Assembly (NCBI GenBank): GCA_951406725.2
Contig: OX597816.1
Coordinates: 27,280,001-27,344,000 of the forward strand
Source: Octopus vulgaris
Taxonomy: Eukaryota
DNA length: 64,000 nucleotides
Direction of reading: 5' to 3'
Shown here: positions 38,285-51,189 of the stretch, piece after piece
Numbering within the stretch: the stretch's first letter is position 1
Layout of the letters: each line of letters opens with the position of its first letter
Made by a program: the position numbers and the translations under genes
Notes under the pieces: generated by a model
The model's database searches: none
The model's input: the letters and a program-made list of their open reading frames with translations, nothing else
Told to the model about the DNA's origin: nothing

Positions 38285-40127
38285 TATCCAGGGGCCGTAT
38301 TATCGATTTTTTCAACAATCTAAGTATGCCATGAGGTTTCCAGACATGAGTTCTACTCACATGTCAAGTTTCCTCAAAATCAATAAAACGATGTAGGAGG
38401 AGTTAGCTAACAACGCCACAAACACCGACTTTTCACATATGTAGTAGACAAGCTGGAGTACCCGGTAATTCCCGGGGGTGAAGATGTTCGATTGAAACTT
38501 CTTATTACTCTGATATAAGAAAGCAATTTCGTTATAACTGCCACAAAAGGTGTATTTTCCGTCACGAAAAAAGTACAAAAAAAAAAAACTGTCAGCCGAA
38601 GGAGGGAGAGATTGTTGGGGGTTGGCGAGAGAGGTTTTTAGAAGTTGGCGAGAAAGATTGTCGGAGGTTGGTGTGAGAGGTTGTCGGAGATTGGTGAGAG
38701 GCAAAGACATTATTCTGCTTAACGAAGGCATCTGTCAAATGTATAACTGCTGTTATTCACAGAGAAACTATTGTTTTATCGTGAGAAAAGCGCTGCTGAA
38801 GTGTTAAGTAAAATTTTGCAATCGAGGATCGAATCCACGCTATGCCTGCATGAAGCCACTACATATACGTTGTGGAATAAAAAAAATTAATCTGCTGTCA
38901 TGGAAAGTGTAACTGTAAAAATGCAGAATTATCGAAGTAATGGGCATTCAGAAAAATAATTTAGGTATAGAAAGGTATGAATGAAGTTTTTAATGTGTAA
39001 GATTCAAATTAAGGAAGTGCAATAATAATGTTCAGTAGTTCAAAACTGAGTAATGAAATGCAGAATTAGGTCGGCTGATTGTGAAAATCCAATAGTGATC
39101 GCTTCACTAAAATCTGCAGGTAGTATTAGTTATTTCCCTTATGTTGTTTAAAGAAAATATTCGTAATATGTAGTTGATAGAAGGATCCATTGGAAGGGCC
39201 CTATTATCGATTTTTTTCAACAATCTAAGTATGTCAAGAAGTTTCCAGTCATGAGTTCTACTCACGTGTCAAATAAAGTATGAAAGTGATATTGTCTGCA
39301 AAAATTAAAAATAGGTCACACAAAAAAATCAATATTCAAAGTAATCGAACATTGAGTGTTTTAAAAAAATATTGTACATGTGCTACGGGTTATTTCCCTT
39401 GGGTGTTTAAAAATAGTTATATGAGGTAGATATAAAGGTCTTACTTCGGGACTGGTAACCAATTTACAAGAGTTTTCCAGACCGTCTACGCGTAATAATA
39501 ATAAAGTCAACATTTGTTAGTCTTACATTATATTATGTTCTTAAGTTGATTATTCAACTGTGGAGTAGATTGGTTAGTTTATGATTCCGCTGGGTAATTA
39601 AAGCGGGGTATATATTATTTTGGTGTGGAATCCTGAGTTTGACTAAGAACATTTTTTGCGCATGTGTGCATTAAATTGGTTTTAACCAGTGGTGAGTTTT
39701 AGTCACCGACGGTGTAAGTGAAGGGGGATAACTCTAACTTAAGGCGAAAAGGGAGCTAACTCAAACCGGATTATTTACACTAGGGAGGGTGGTTTAAAAT
39801 TATATTATGGGTAAAGTTTAGTAAGTTCATAGAGATAAAAGGGGCCCTATGTAGGTGTAAAGTAAATTATAATGGAATGTGGAGGGCGAGTGGGGTTGGG
39901 GGTGACCGTTTATGTCTAAGTGTTTAAGGTGGTTCCCAGCTAATTAGACTTATATAGATGAATATGCTAGTGTGGGATTTGTAGAAGGTCCTACTATTTT
40001 ACCAATACTTTGAAAAGACACAGAGGCCTACATGAAGACAAAAAATGTCGTTCTCGGGCCGAGCAAAGCTTTGTGAGTGGATTTGATAGACTGAAACTGA
40101 AAGAAGACCATCATATATATGTGTATA

Positions 40128-40161
<34 letters not shown>

Positions 40162-40479
40162 AGTGTTTGTACCCCCACTATCGTTTGACAACCAATGTTG
40201 GTGTGTTTACGTTCCCATAACTTAGCGGTTTGGCGGAAGAGATCGATAGAATAAGTACCAGGCTAACAAAGAATAAGTTCTGGGGTAAATATCCGTCGAA
40301 TGTAAATAACGTAAATAATGTACATAATTCCTCATCTCTTAAATATAGAACTGTACTGGGGTAAATTTGTTCGACTAAAGGCAGTGCTCCAGCATGGCCG
40401 CAGTGAAATGACTGAAACAAGTAAAAGAATATGAAACTATGCCATTTTAACCCTGAGCAACGCCGAGTATCCCTGCTAG
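38285..40479 (+). mobile_element. Helitron-like element in tyrosinase intron 1 (5' boundary uncertain)
   Basis: 3' end GAGCAACGCCGAGTATCCCTGCTAG|T at 40479. A ~75-bp direct repeat occurs at 38292-38367 and 39196-39272, and a SINE is inserted at ~40052-40430. Confidence 0.55.
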
Positions 40480-42590
40480 TATATTATATAATTTTAAAAC
40501 TTACCCTCAGGTAAGTACTTTTTGTTTCTTTCTCTCTATTCAACAAACTTTTTAACCAAGTAATTCCCTTCAAGTCTCGAACATTTCTCTCTTTCTCTTT
40601 ATCCTCTCACTTCCACTAACCACATAAGTAACACATTATAATGCATCGACTGGCTATATGCTCCCTCACTCACTCTCACATTCCCTCTTCTTCTCCCTTA
40701 CGAATTAATGCATAAAATGGGAATGAACAGGTAGAAGAATAATATAGATTTAGTTAAAAAAAATTTCACCACTGCCGCCGCCGCCACCACCACCATCACC
40801 ACCACGTCATCATCACCTTTACTACTGCTGCTACTACTACTACTACTACTACTCTGACAATACAAACGCTACCTACCTCTCTCTCTCTCTCCTCTCTCCC
40901 TCTTTCCTACCCTATCTCTCTCCCTCTGTCTTTTCTCTTCTCTTAATGTAATTTCCTACCGTGTCCATTTCTCTTTATCTGTCTTTCTTTAACCTCACTA
41001 CCAGAACATCAACCTCTGCCAAATATTGTATCCTAAACATATCTCTTTCTTTTTACCGTTCCCTCCTCACGCTACAGCACGTCGTTAACACTTTTCTCCC
41101 TCCCTCTTTTTTCTCACTCTTACTCTCTCGCTCTTCACCTCTCGCTTCAACTAACCACGTGACGCATTTTGCCTCATTTCCTCACTTCTTTCTTCTCTCT
41201 CTCAAATTTGATCCACCTATTACTCACTTCACCCTCACCTCTCTAATTAACTAAAGCATGACGGGAAAATGAACGAGCAGATTATTATATATACTAGTGG
41301 GACCAGGAAAAAGGTAAGTTAGAAAGAAAGAGAGAGAAGAATTGACCCCCACTGTAAAGCTGGTAATATATTTATCAACCCCGAAAGGATAAGCGGTAAA
41401 GTTGACTCCGGCAACATTCAAATTTAGCCTGAACAATCCATCATCATCATCATTGTTCGACCGTGGTCGAGACAATGGAATTTACCATGCTACGCCAGAC
41501 TTCTTTTTGAACAATTAATGTCTAGTGATCTATCCGACACTCTAACCACCATACCAACTGACCGTTATGTATGTGTGTGTGTAAGAGTATAATATATTAG
41601 TTTCAAATTTTGGCACAAGGCCAGCAATTTCGTGGGAGGGAGTAGGTCGATTATATCGGCCCCAGTGCTCATATGGTACTTATTTTTTTAAAGACGACCT
41701 CGGTAGTATTTGAACTCAGAACGTAAAGACGGATGAAATACTACGAAGCAGTTTGTCGGCGTGCAAACCATTCAGCCAGCTCGTCACTTTGTGTAAGAGT
41801 AATATATTTAAGACCGTATATGTATGCATATGTATTCAGAACATATAAATATAAATGTTTGTATATATATTTCTTTATTGCCCAGAAGGGGCTAAACATA
41901 GAGGGGACAAGCAAGGACAGACAAAGAGATTAAGTCGATTACATCGACCCCAGTGCGAAACTGGCACTTTATTTATCGACCCCGAAAGAATGAAAGGCAA
42001 AGTCGACATCGGCGGAATTTGAACCCAGAACGTAGCGGCAGACGAAATGCGGCTAGGCATTTCGCCCGGCGTGCTAACGTTTCTGCCAGCTCGCCGCCTT
42101 TAAATGTTTGTATATATCTCTTTTACTCTCTTTTACTTGTTTCAGTCATTTGACTGCGGCCATGCTGGAGCACCGCCTTTAGTCGAGCAACTCGACCCCT
42201 GGACTTATTCTTTTGTAAGCCCAGTACTTATTCTATCGGTCTCTTTTGCCGAACCGCTAAGTAACGGGGGACATAAACACACCAGCATTGGTTGTCAAGC
42301 AATGCTAGGGGGACAAACACAGACACACAAACACACACACGCATATATATATATATATATACACATATATACGACGGGCTTCTTTCAGTTTCCGTCTACC
42401 AAATCCACTCACAAGGTTTTGGTCGGCCCGAGGCTATAGTAGAAGACACTTGCCCAAGGTGCCACGCAGTGGGATTGATCCCGGAACCATGTGGTTGGTA
42501 AACAAGCTACTTACCACACAGCCACTCCTGCACCTATATGTGTGTGTGTGTGTGCAACATAAGTGAGCATATACAAATAATAGCACTTAC

Positions 42591-42800
42591 CCGATCGTTC
42601 TTCATAATATTGAGGGCTCTGAAGAAATCATGAAGGTTCTTTCTTGGCATTTCTCGAATTTCCCGCCTCATTTTTAATCTGTTTGGCTGTATTAATAATG
42701 TCTGGATCCATTGGTTAGTGGCTTCATCAATGATTTGTGTACCAGCTGGTGGGACTGAGCCTATCACCGCTAGCACCGCAAGCAGTGCAAAAACATTCAT
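42591..42800 (-). CDS. tyr: Secreted tyrosinase (type-3 copper protein), coding exon 1: signal peptide and N-terminal RREIR motif
   Basis: ATG at 42800-42798, then a hydrophobic leader MNVFALLAVLAVIGS and the motif RREIREM..LHDFFRALNIMK typical of tyrosinase N-termini. The exon has 70 codons and ends at a phase-0 GTAAGT donor (42590-42585). An acceptor (ttattgcacag) lies 3 nt upstream of the ATG, implying an upstream UTR exon. Confidence 0.9.
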
Positions 42801-42989
42801 TACCTGTGCAATAACAAAATAAAATGTATCTGTGTGGCATAGATAGATGACTGGTTGGTTGGTTGAGGCCTTACACTATGGCATGCATTGTAATACTTGG
42901 GGATGGTCATATCTTGTCAATTAAACACACACATACTATATGCTTGGTTTTCACTTCAGCTTTATAGTGCGTGTGGTTAATTGGGATAA

Positions 42990-43382
42990 TATTGGGTTGT
43001 CCGGAAAGTTCGTGCCGATTTTTAAAGGAAAGAAAAAGGTCAATAAATACTTGCCATTACATTTTTAATCAACCAAATATGAACCATTTTGTTGCACAAT
43101 GCATCTCCATCTTTCCTTTAATTTGAAAACACCCTCTTCCCAGAATTGAGGTGGTTTCATGGCAAAGAATTCATCAAGGTATCTTTTTACGTCATCCAAG
43201 GAATTGAACATTTTACCATTAAGACTATTCTGCAGAGACCTGAATAAGTGGAAATCCGAAGGAGCAATATCTGGTGAATATGGAGGGTGGGGTAACACAT
43301 CCCAGCGGAGCTGCAGCAATTTTTGTCTGGTTCCCAAAGAAACGCGCGGTCTTGCATTATCATGTTGGAAAACAACACCCTT
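42990..43382 (-). mobile_element. mariner transposase 3' half with right TIR
   Basis: FQHDNARP..WDVLPHPPYSPDIAPSDFHLFRSL (D34D spacing)..RWRCIVQQNGSY*, with TIR TA-TTGGGTTGTCCGGAAAGTTCG. Truncated by a SINE fragment at 43383-43566. Confidence 0.92.
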
Positions 43383-43714
43383 CCGGCAGGGTGGTGGTGG
43401 TAGCGATCCCTGCTGTACTCTTTCGCCGCAACTTTCTCTCACTCTTTCTTCTGTTGAACTCATGATCTTGCATAAAGCGGGGTGGCGTCATTTGAAGGCC
43501 AAAACAATGCAAAGCGCATTGTGACCAGCGATTTGTAGCAACATCTGATAACCTGGTAGGTCACGTGATATATATATAGTGTTAGATTGTGATGTACAGA
43601 AATTAAATATTGAGAAAAAAAGTCGTCAGAATTGAATTTTGGAAAAAAAAAACACTTTATTTATTCATTTTTATTAACGCTTTCGTTTCTTTCTCGAACT
43701 TGTCAAATAAAATT

Positions 43715-43750
43715 TTTGTGAATGTACAAGCAACTTGTTCATTTATATAA
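43715..43750 (-). promoter_or_regulatory. Possible TATA/Inr core promoter of the tyrosinase gene
   Basis: Minus-strand TATATAAAT is followed ~26 nt later by an Inr-like ACATTC, ~900 nt upstream of the exon-1 acceptor. No strong donor site was found. Confidence 0.2.
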
Positions 43751-44132
43751 AACAGATGTTTTTTGGAGGTTTTGTTTAGAAGAAGAGAACATTGTTTTTG
43801 TTTTATTTTTGGGTGAGGCTCCAAGACAATGGAGATGGATAGATAGAAATATAGGTAGGTAGAAAAATAGATAGATAGATAAACAGATAGACAGATAGAT
43901 AATCAGACAGATAGACAGATAGGTAGAGGGAGAGAGAGTATTCTCTTCCTATTCACCATTCATTTATTTATTCATGGATCTATATTTCATCAAAAAATTC
44001 TCTCCAGAATTGAATGTTTGCAAGAAAAGCGGAGACAGTACATTTTGTGTTATGCTAATGTTCTCTAATACAAAATCATGAAATTGAAAGAGGCGTGATC
44101 GAAGTTACACAATATAAATATGGACATATTTC

Positions 44133-44244
<112 letters not shown>

Positions 44245-44367
44245 CGCACGCCCCTAAATGTTTGAAGGTAGAATGGAGAATTTGCATTTTTTATTCCAAA
44301 TGTGGCTAATCTCTACAAAGGTTCAGGTATATATATGTATGGCATCACTTGGATGTTCTAGCTTTAC

Positions 44368-44411
<44 letters not shown>

Positions 44412-44770
44412 CATTTTATTTTATTTATTTATTTTTTAAATTGTTAAATTGCAAGTATTATACTAATGTTTTTTCATGCAGAACTACATTTCATCAAAAA
44501 AATTCCCTCCAAAATTGAATGTTTGGAAGGGGATACAGTACATTTTCTATTCTAAATATAACTCAAAGAGGAGAAAAAGAAAGAAAGAGGGAAAAAAGAA
44601 GGAAAAGGGGAAAAGGGAAAGAAAGCAAAATGATTTTCAGTGATGACCAAACCACACGGTTTATTTTTGAAGAAATCGCCATCCTTAAACTCATTCCAAT
44701 ACAATGGTAAACTACTAAATAAATAAATGAATCGTGAATAGGAAGGGGATACCCCTTCTCTTTCTCTCCC

Positions 44771-44852
<82 letters not shown>

Positions 44853-45741
44853 GACCTATGGACAACTTCCAGAGATCCCTGGCCTGGCAGTGCTACCGAG
44901 AAGCGCTACCCATTCGGGATAAGCTCTACAGATATGGCTCGAGAAACACGGGGCCGACCTGCCCGAGATGCGGTCAGAGCGACGAAACCGTTCTGCATGC
45001 ACTCGTGCAGAGTCCATTCATTTCCGACCTGTGGGCTTATGTCGAACGACTGTTGTCAGGTGGGGGACAAGTCGGTTTATCAGCCGAGTCAATCGTCAAT
45101 ATCGTCAGCTCTCCTTCCTTCAAACGGGAAGGAAGAGCTATTTTCATCATACATGTGGCTATGGTGAAAGAATGTATCTGGTGGACGCGTCTGAAAGGAT
45201 TAGAGACAGACACTTTCCTCTCTGGTCAATCTCTCATCAACTTCTTCAAGTTTCACTTGAAAAAGAAAGTGAGAGTAGAGAGGCAAGTCTTATCTAGCGA
45301 ATGTTTCAGAAAAAAAGATGGGTGAATGTAGCAAGGATGGCACGTATGATTGTCGAAGCCACCTTGAGTATGATCCTATGAACCCGGAAAAATTTAAAAC
45401 AGAAAGTTACTTACTTGCAAATAAATGTGTTAACATGTGACATTATTGACCGAGGTTATCGAGATCTTTTCCGTAGGCTTTTCTTTCTACGGTTAATCCT
45501 CATCTGTTTCCCCTTTTACACTTTATATCATGACATTTCTGTGATACACGATCCCTATCGATCCATTTTTTTCTCCCTTTTTTCTTTTCCTTTCTTTCCT
45601 CTTTCTCTTTCCTTTTTCTTTCCTTTTTACGATGCCTTTTGATCGAAAACCTACCCCCTATTTTTTTCTCCCCCAAAAGAAAAGCTCTACCTTGTAATTT
45701 GTCTCGTATGTGTACAGCCCTGTGTGGCTAATAAAGAAACA
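44853..45741 (+). mobile_element. 5'-truncated L1/Tx1-clade LINE inserted in a (TATC)n microsatellite
   Basis: zf-RVT-like LAWQCYREALP..CPRCGQSDETVLHAL, a pyrimidine-rich 3' UTR and AATAAA at 45730. (TATC)n lies on both flanks. Confidence 0.85.
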
Positions 45742-45806
<65 letters not shown>

Positions 45807-45831
45807 ATCTATCTATCTATCTATCTATATA

Positions 45832-45888
<57 letters not shown>

Positions 45889-46072
45889 TAAAAATAATAA
45901 GGGTGAAAAATTGAATATTAATTTGATTAATATCAATTTAAAACAAGTGGTCTAGCATATTAAAATCTGAAGATTCAGGAAAATTATATTACATACATAG
46001 TTTCTTTCTTAGTGGTAAGACCAAAGCGGATCTACTTCTAGCATAATGGATGTCCACGTAGTGGTCATCCCT

Positions 46073-46125
<53 letters not shown>

Positions 46126-48912
46126 CTTAGGCACATGGTGTGTAAATAGACGCGTGTGTGTGCGTGCGTTGTGTGTGTGTTTGTGCGTGTGTGTGTATGT
46201 GTGAATGTGTATTAAATTGGTGTATGTGCAAGAATGTCACCAAATTACCCGAGATATTCCATCAATGCCATAAAGAAGTAAATACTTTAAAAACGACAAT
46301 ATAACGTGACAAAAGTTGGTTTGTAGAAAGTCAAGTCTCGGTTAGTTGAATAAATGACCAACATTTGACTTTTAGTAGCATTTTGAATTCACACATGTCA
46401 CTAATGGCTTTGAAAACATCATGAAGGCCATGTAATAATTTCTTTCCTTCTCACAAATTTGATGCCTTGTTGTTGTTTAGCCCAAGTCAGCCACGATCAA
46501 TCAGCTTTATGTGCTCAATGTATTTTAGACAAAATCTTCTCCATGATGTTTTTTAAGAGTTTTCGACTTTTCAAGACTATTGTGTGACCTGAGAGAGATT
46601 TGGTTGTTATTTCCGATAGCTCTGGCAATTACTTTGATCCATCTGGCGAAGAGTACTCTTTTCACTCTTTTACTCTTTTACTTGTTTCAGTCATTTGACT
46701 GTGGCCATGCTGGAGCAGGGCCTCTAATCGAGCAAATCGACCCCAGGACACATTCTTTGTAAACCTAGTCCTTATTCTATCGATCTCTTTTGCCGAACCG
46801 CTAAGTTACGGGGACGTAAACACACCAGCATCGGTTGTCAAGCGATGTTGAGGGGGAGACAAACACAGACACACAAACACATACACATGCATATATACAT
46901 ATATTCGACGGGCTTCTTTCAATTTCCGTCTACCAAATCCACTCACAAAGCCTTGGTCAGCCCGAGGCTATAGTAGAAGACACTTGCCCAAGGGGCCACG
47001 CAGTGGGACTGAACCCGGAACCATGTAGTTCGTAAGCAAGCTGCTTACCACACAGCCACTCCTACGTCTTTATGTAAAACCTGGGAAGGACAAGTTACGT
47101 AGAACAAGAAGACAAAATAGTTTCAATTCATTGTTATAGAAGGTTGGCTTTATCTGCATTTCAAATTTCATTGGGAAAGGAATGAATCTTACAATATCCC
47201 TTTCGTATTTTCTTTAAATGTGTTTTTTCTTATCTTCTACTCAGTGAAAATTAAATCGATATCTTTTGCGGAGTAAAAAAATAGGGAGAAAAAGACAAAA
47301 ATAGCCTTGGAATATTTTGTAGCATTTTATTAACGACCTATCTTCGACAGGAGGCGCGTGGCTTAGTGGTTAGGGTGTCAGCATCAAGATCGTAAGATTG
47401 TGGTTTCGATTCCTGGACCGGGCGATGCGTTGTATTTTAGACAAAAACTTCTCCATTATGTTTTTAGGAGTTTTCGACTTTTCAAGACTATTGTATGACC
47501 TGAGAGAGATTTGGCTGTTATTTCTTATAGATCTAGCAATTACTTTGATCCATCTGGCGAAGAGTACTCTTTTTACCTGTTTCAGTCATTTGACTGTGGC
47601 CATGCTGGAGCAGGGCCTTTAGTCAAGCAAATCGACCCCAGGACTTATTCTTTGTTAGCCTAGTAGTTATTCTATCGAATAGTACAAGTGGTTAGGGTGT
47701 CAGCATCATAATCGTAAGATTGTGGTTTCGATTCCTGGACCGGGCGATGCGTTGTGTTCTTGAGCAAAACACTTCATTTCACGTTGCTCCAGTCCACTCA
47801 GCTGGCGAAAATGAGTAACGCTGCGATGGACTGGCGTCTCGTCCAGCTGGGGAACACATACAACCAACAAAAACGTTGGCTATGTAGCAAGAGTTAATGA
47901 AACGAAATTATTTCGCACAGAATCAATCTGTATGGCAAAACCATCCCGTTTTTTTTTGGTTAATCAGCAATCTACAGAGCCATTGTACCTTTGAACAATC
48001 AAGTGCATCTACACACTTAGAAGCTTAGTACAAATATTTAACTCTAGACAATCAAATACCAAAACAAGATAGTCGCTGAAAGTGGCTGAAAGGGGATATT
48101 AAAACTATTACTCTTTTACTCTTTTACTTGTTTCAGTCATTTGACTGCGGCCACGCTGGAGCACCGTCTTTAGTCGAGCAAATCGACCCCGGGACTTATT
48201 CTTTTGTAAGCCCAGTACTTATTCTATCGGTCTCTTTTGCCGAACCGCTAAGTTACGGGTACGTAAACACACAAGCATCGGTTGTCAAGCAATGCTGGGG
48301 GGACAAACACAGACACACATACATATACACACACATACATACATATATATACACATATACGACAGGCTTCTTTCAATTTCCGTCTACCAAATCCACTCAC
48401 AAGGCTTTGTTCAGCCCGAGGCTATAGTAGAAGACACTTGCCCAAGGTGCCACGCAGTGGGACTGAACCCGGAACCATGTGGTTCGTAAGCAAGCTACTT
48501 ACCACACAGCCACTCCTGCGCCTTTATGTAAAACCTGGGAAGGACAATCAAGTGCATCTACGCACTTAGCAGCTCAGGACAAATATTTAACTCTAGACAA
48601 TCAAATACCAAAACAAAATAGTCGCTGAATGGCTGAGAGTGGCTGAAAGGGGATATTGATACTATTGATGATGATGATGATGATGATGATGATAATGGTG
48701 ATGAGCTGAATATAATGATAAGAGTCAAATATTTCAGATAGAGGCAGAAATATATATGCCATAGATACATAAAAAAACGAAAGAAACTTGAGTCGGTAAC
48801 CAATTCTCAGGTACATGCGTACCTACAAATATATGTATATACAGTAATTTATAAACCAAACAACGTTAAACAAACAACAGGCACTCACGATTCAAGAGAT
48901 GCGACTAAAGCA

Positions 48913-48922
48913 GTAACTACTA

Positions 48923-48998
<76 letters not shown>

Positions 48999-49068
48999 CA
49001 CCACCACTACTACTACTACTACCACCACCACCACTACTACTACTACTACTACCACCACCACCACCACT

Positions 49069-49115
<47 letters not shown>

Positions 49116-49167
49116 CATCACCACCACCACCACCACCACCACCACCACCACCACCACCACCACCACC

Positions 49168-49217
<50 letters not shown>
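48913..49217. repeat. Compound (TAC)n/(TGC)n/(CAC)n microsatellite
   Basis: Directly visible. Confidence 0.95.
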
Positions 49218-49219
<2 letters not shown>

Positions 49220-49515
49220 GTTGTTGCACAACAGGCTATGCAATTTCAGCATATTCAAATATTTACTTTGATACACTGAACATTTTTGTTATTACTTTTG
49301 AGGAGGAGATCGGGGGCATATTTTATTTGAACACACACACATATATATATGTGGGTTGGTGTTGGTATGTGTGTGTGTGTGTGTGTGTGAGCAAATCGAC
49401 TTCAGAACTTTTTCTTTGTAAGCCTAGTACTTATTCTATCGGTTTCTTTTGCCGAACCGCTAAGTTACGGGGACGTAAACAAACCAGCATCGGTGGTCAA
49501 GCGATGTTGGGGGGA

Positions 49516-49550
<35 letters not shown>

Positions 49551-49939
49551 GTGCAGGAGTGGCTGTGTGGTAAGTAGCTTGCTCACCAACCACATGGTTC
49601 AGGATTCAGTCCCATTGCGTGGCACCTTGGGCAAATGTCTTCTACTATAGCCTCGGGCCGACCAAAGCCTTGTGAGTGGATTTGGTAGACGGAAACTGAA
49701 AGAGGCCCGTAGTATATATGTATATATTTATATGTATGTGTGTGTTTGTTCCCACAACATCGCTTGACAACCGATGGTAGTGTGTTTACATCCCCGTAAC
49801 TTACCGGTTCGGCATAAGAGACCGATAGAATGAGTAGTAGGCTTACAAAAAATAAGCCCTGTGGTCGATTTGCTCGACTAAAGGCGGTGCTCCAGCATGG
49901 CCGCAGTCAAATGACTGAAACAGATAAAAGAGCAAAAGA

Positions 49940-50005
<66 letters not shown>

Positions 50006-50040
50006 ATATAGTCCACTCAGCAGTGAGAGAGATGAGGAGA

Positions 50041-50082
<42 letters not shown>

Positions 50083-50297
50083 GGAAACCAGAAAGGGTGA
50101 AAAATAAGGAGAGAGACAGGTAAAGAGGAAGACAGACAGGAAGGAAGGAAACTTCAAGTGAAGGGTTAAAGAGTTCACGTCATGATTATATATAAAAACT
50201 TACTTGGAGAAATGAAACGAAACGACGCGAGGGTGCTCAGTCATATAATAATTTAATAAATAAAATATATGCATACATACATATATGTAGGTACCTA

Positions 50298-50352
<55 letters not shown>

Positions 50353-51189
50353 TGTATATATACATATATACATATAGAGGCTATAGCAGAAGACACTTGC
50401 CCAAAGTGCAGTGGGACTGAACCCGGAACCATGTAACTTACCTATGTATTGCTAAAACCACATGAACATTCTCTGCACATTTCAAAGAATAGTTGACGGT
50501 AGCACTTGATGATATGTGGAGTGAGGTTTTCTGTATCAGTTGATGGGTGGGGTAATATGTTATACTGGGTGCTGTTTTTAAAAAGTGAAGGGGTGAAGAG
50601 AGACGCTCAGTTAGTGACACACATCTGTCCAGAGACTATCGGGACCCCTTCGGTCACGACACTGACCATGGGATTGCTCCTAGAAAGTTACCTTCCTAGT
50701 CACAAGTCTGGGTAAGGTTGTTTATTGAAGACCAGCAGTCACCCATGCATACCGGCCTCCCCTCTCCACGCCACCAGTGTTGTCCAAGGGAAAGGCAAAG
50801 GGGCCGATACAGCTTGGCACCCGTGACGTCGCAACTAATTTCTACAGCTGAGTTAACTGGAGCAATGTGAAATAAAGTGTCTTGCTCAAGAACACAACAC
50901 GCAGCCCGGTCCGGGATTCGAGCTCACACCCTCACGATCGTAAGCTCGACGCTCTAATCACTGAGCCATGCGCCTTCCAGAGACTAGTGTCACAACAAAA
51001 CAACTTCGTCACCGATGTTAAAGTCATCGGTCACAGCGTTGACCCCTGCACAGTTAGAACAGGTTGTTATCAACAACTTGACTTTTGATGATATGTAGTA
51101 GAGTGATATGTCTCTGAGGACAGGTAAGTCTCCATGACCTCACAAGAGGCCCCGGAGTTGTGTCCGCTGATGTTTACCTAGATAAAAGT

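Noticed and set aside
29948-42800. Hemocyanin functional unit as an alternative identity
   Set aside because: It is a single domain with its own signal peptide and stop. It has AHxGPxFLxWHR rather than the CxHG thioether motif and lacks the beta-sandwich C-domain.
48885-49229. Poly-Val ORF
   Set aside because: It is the translation of a trinucleotide microsatellite.
50198-50260. Candidate 5' UTR exon of tyrosinase (CAA|GTAAGT donor)
   Set aside because: It lies within a repeat shared with ~1450-1520 and has no independent promoter evidence.
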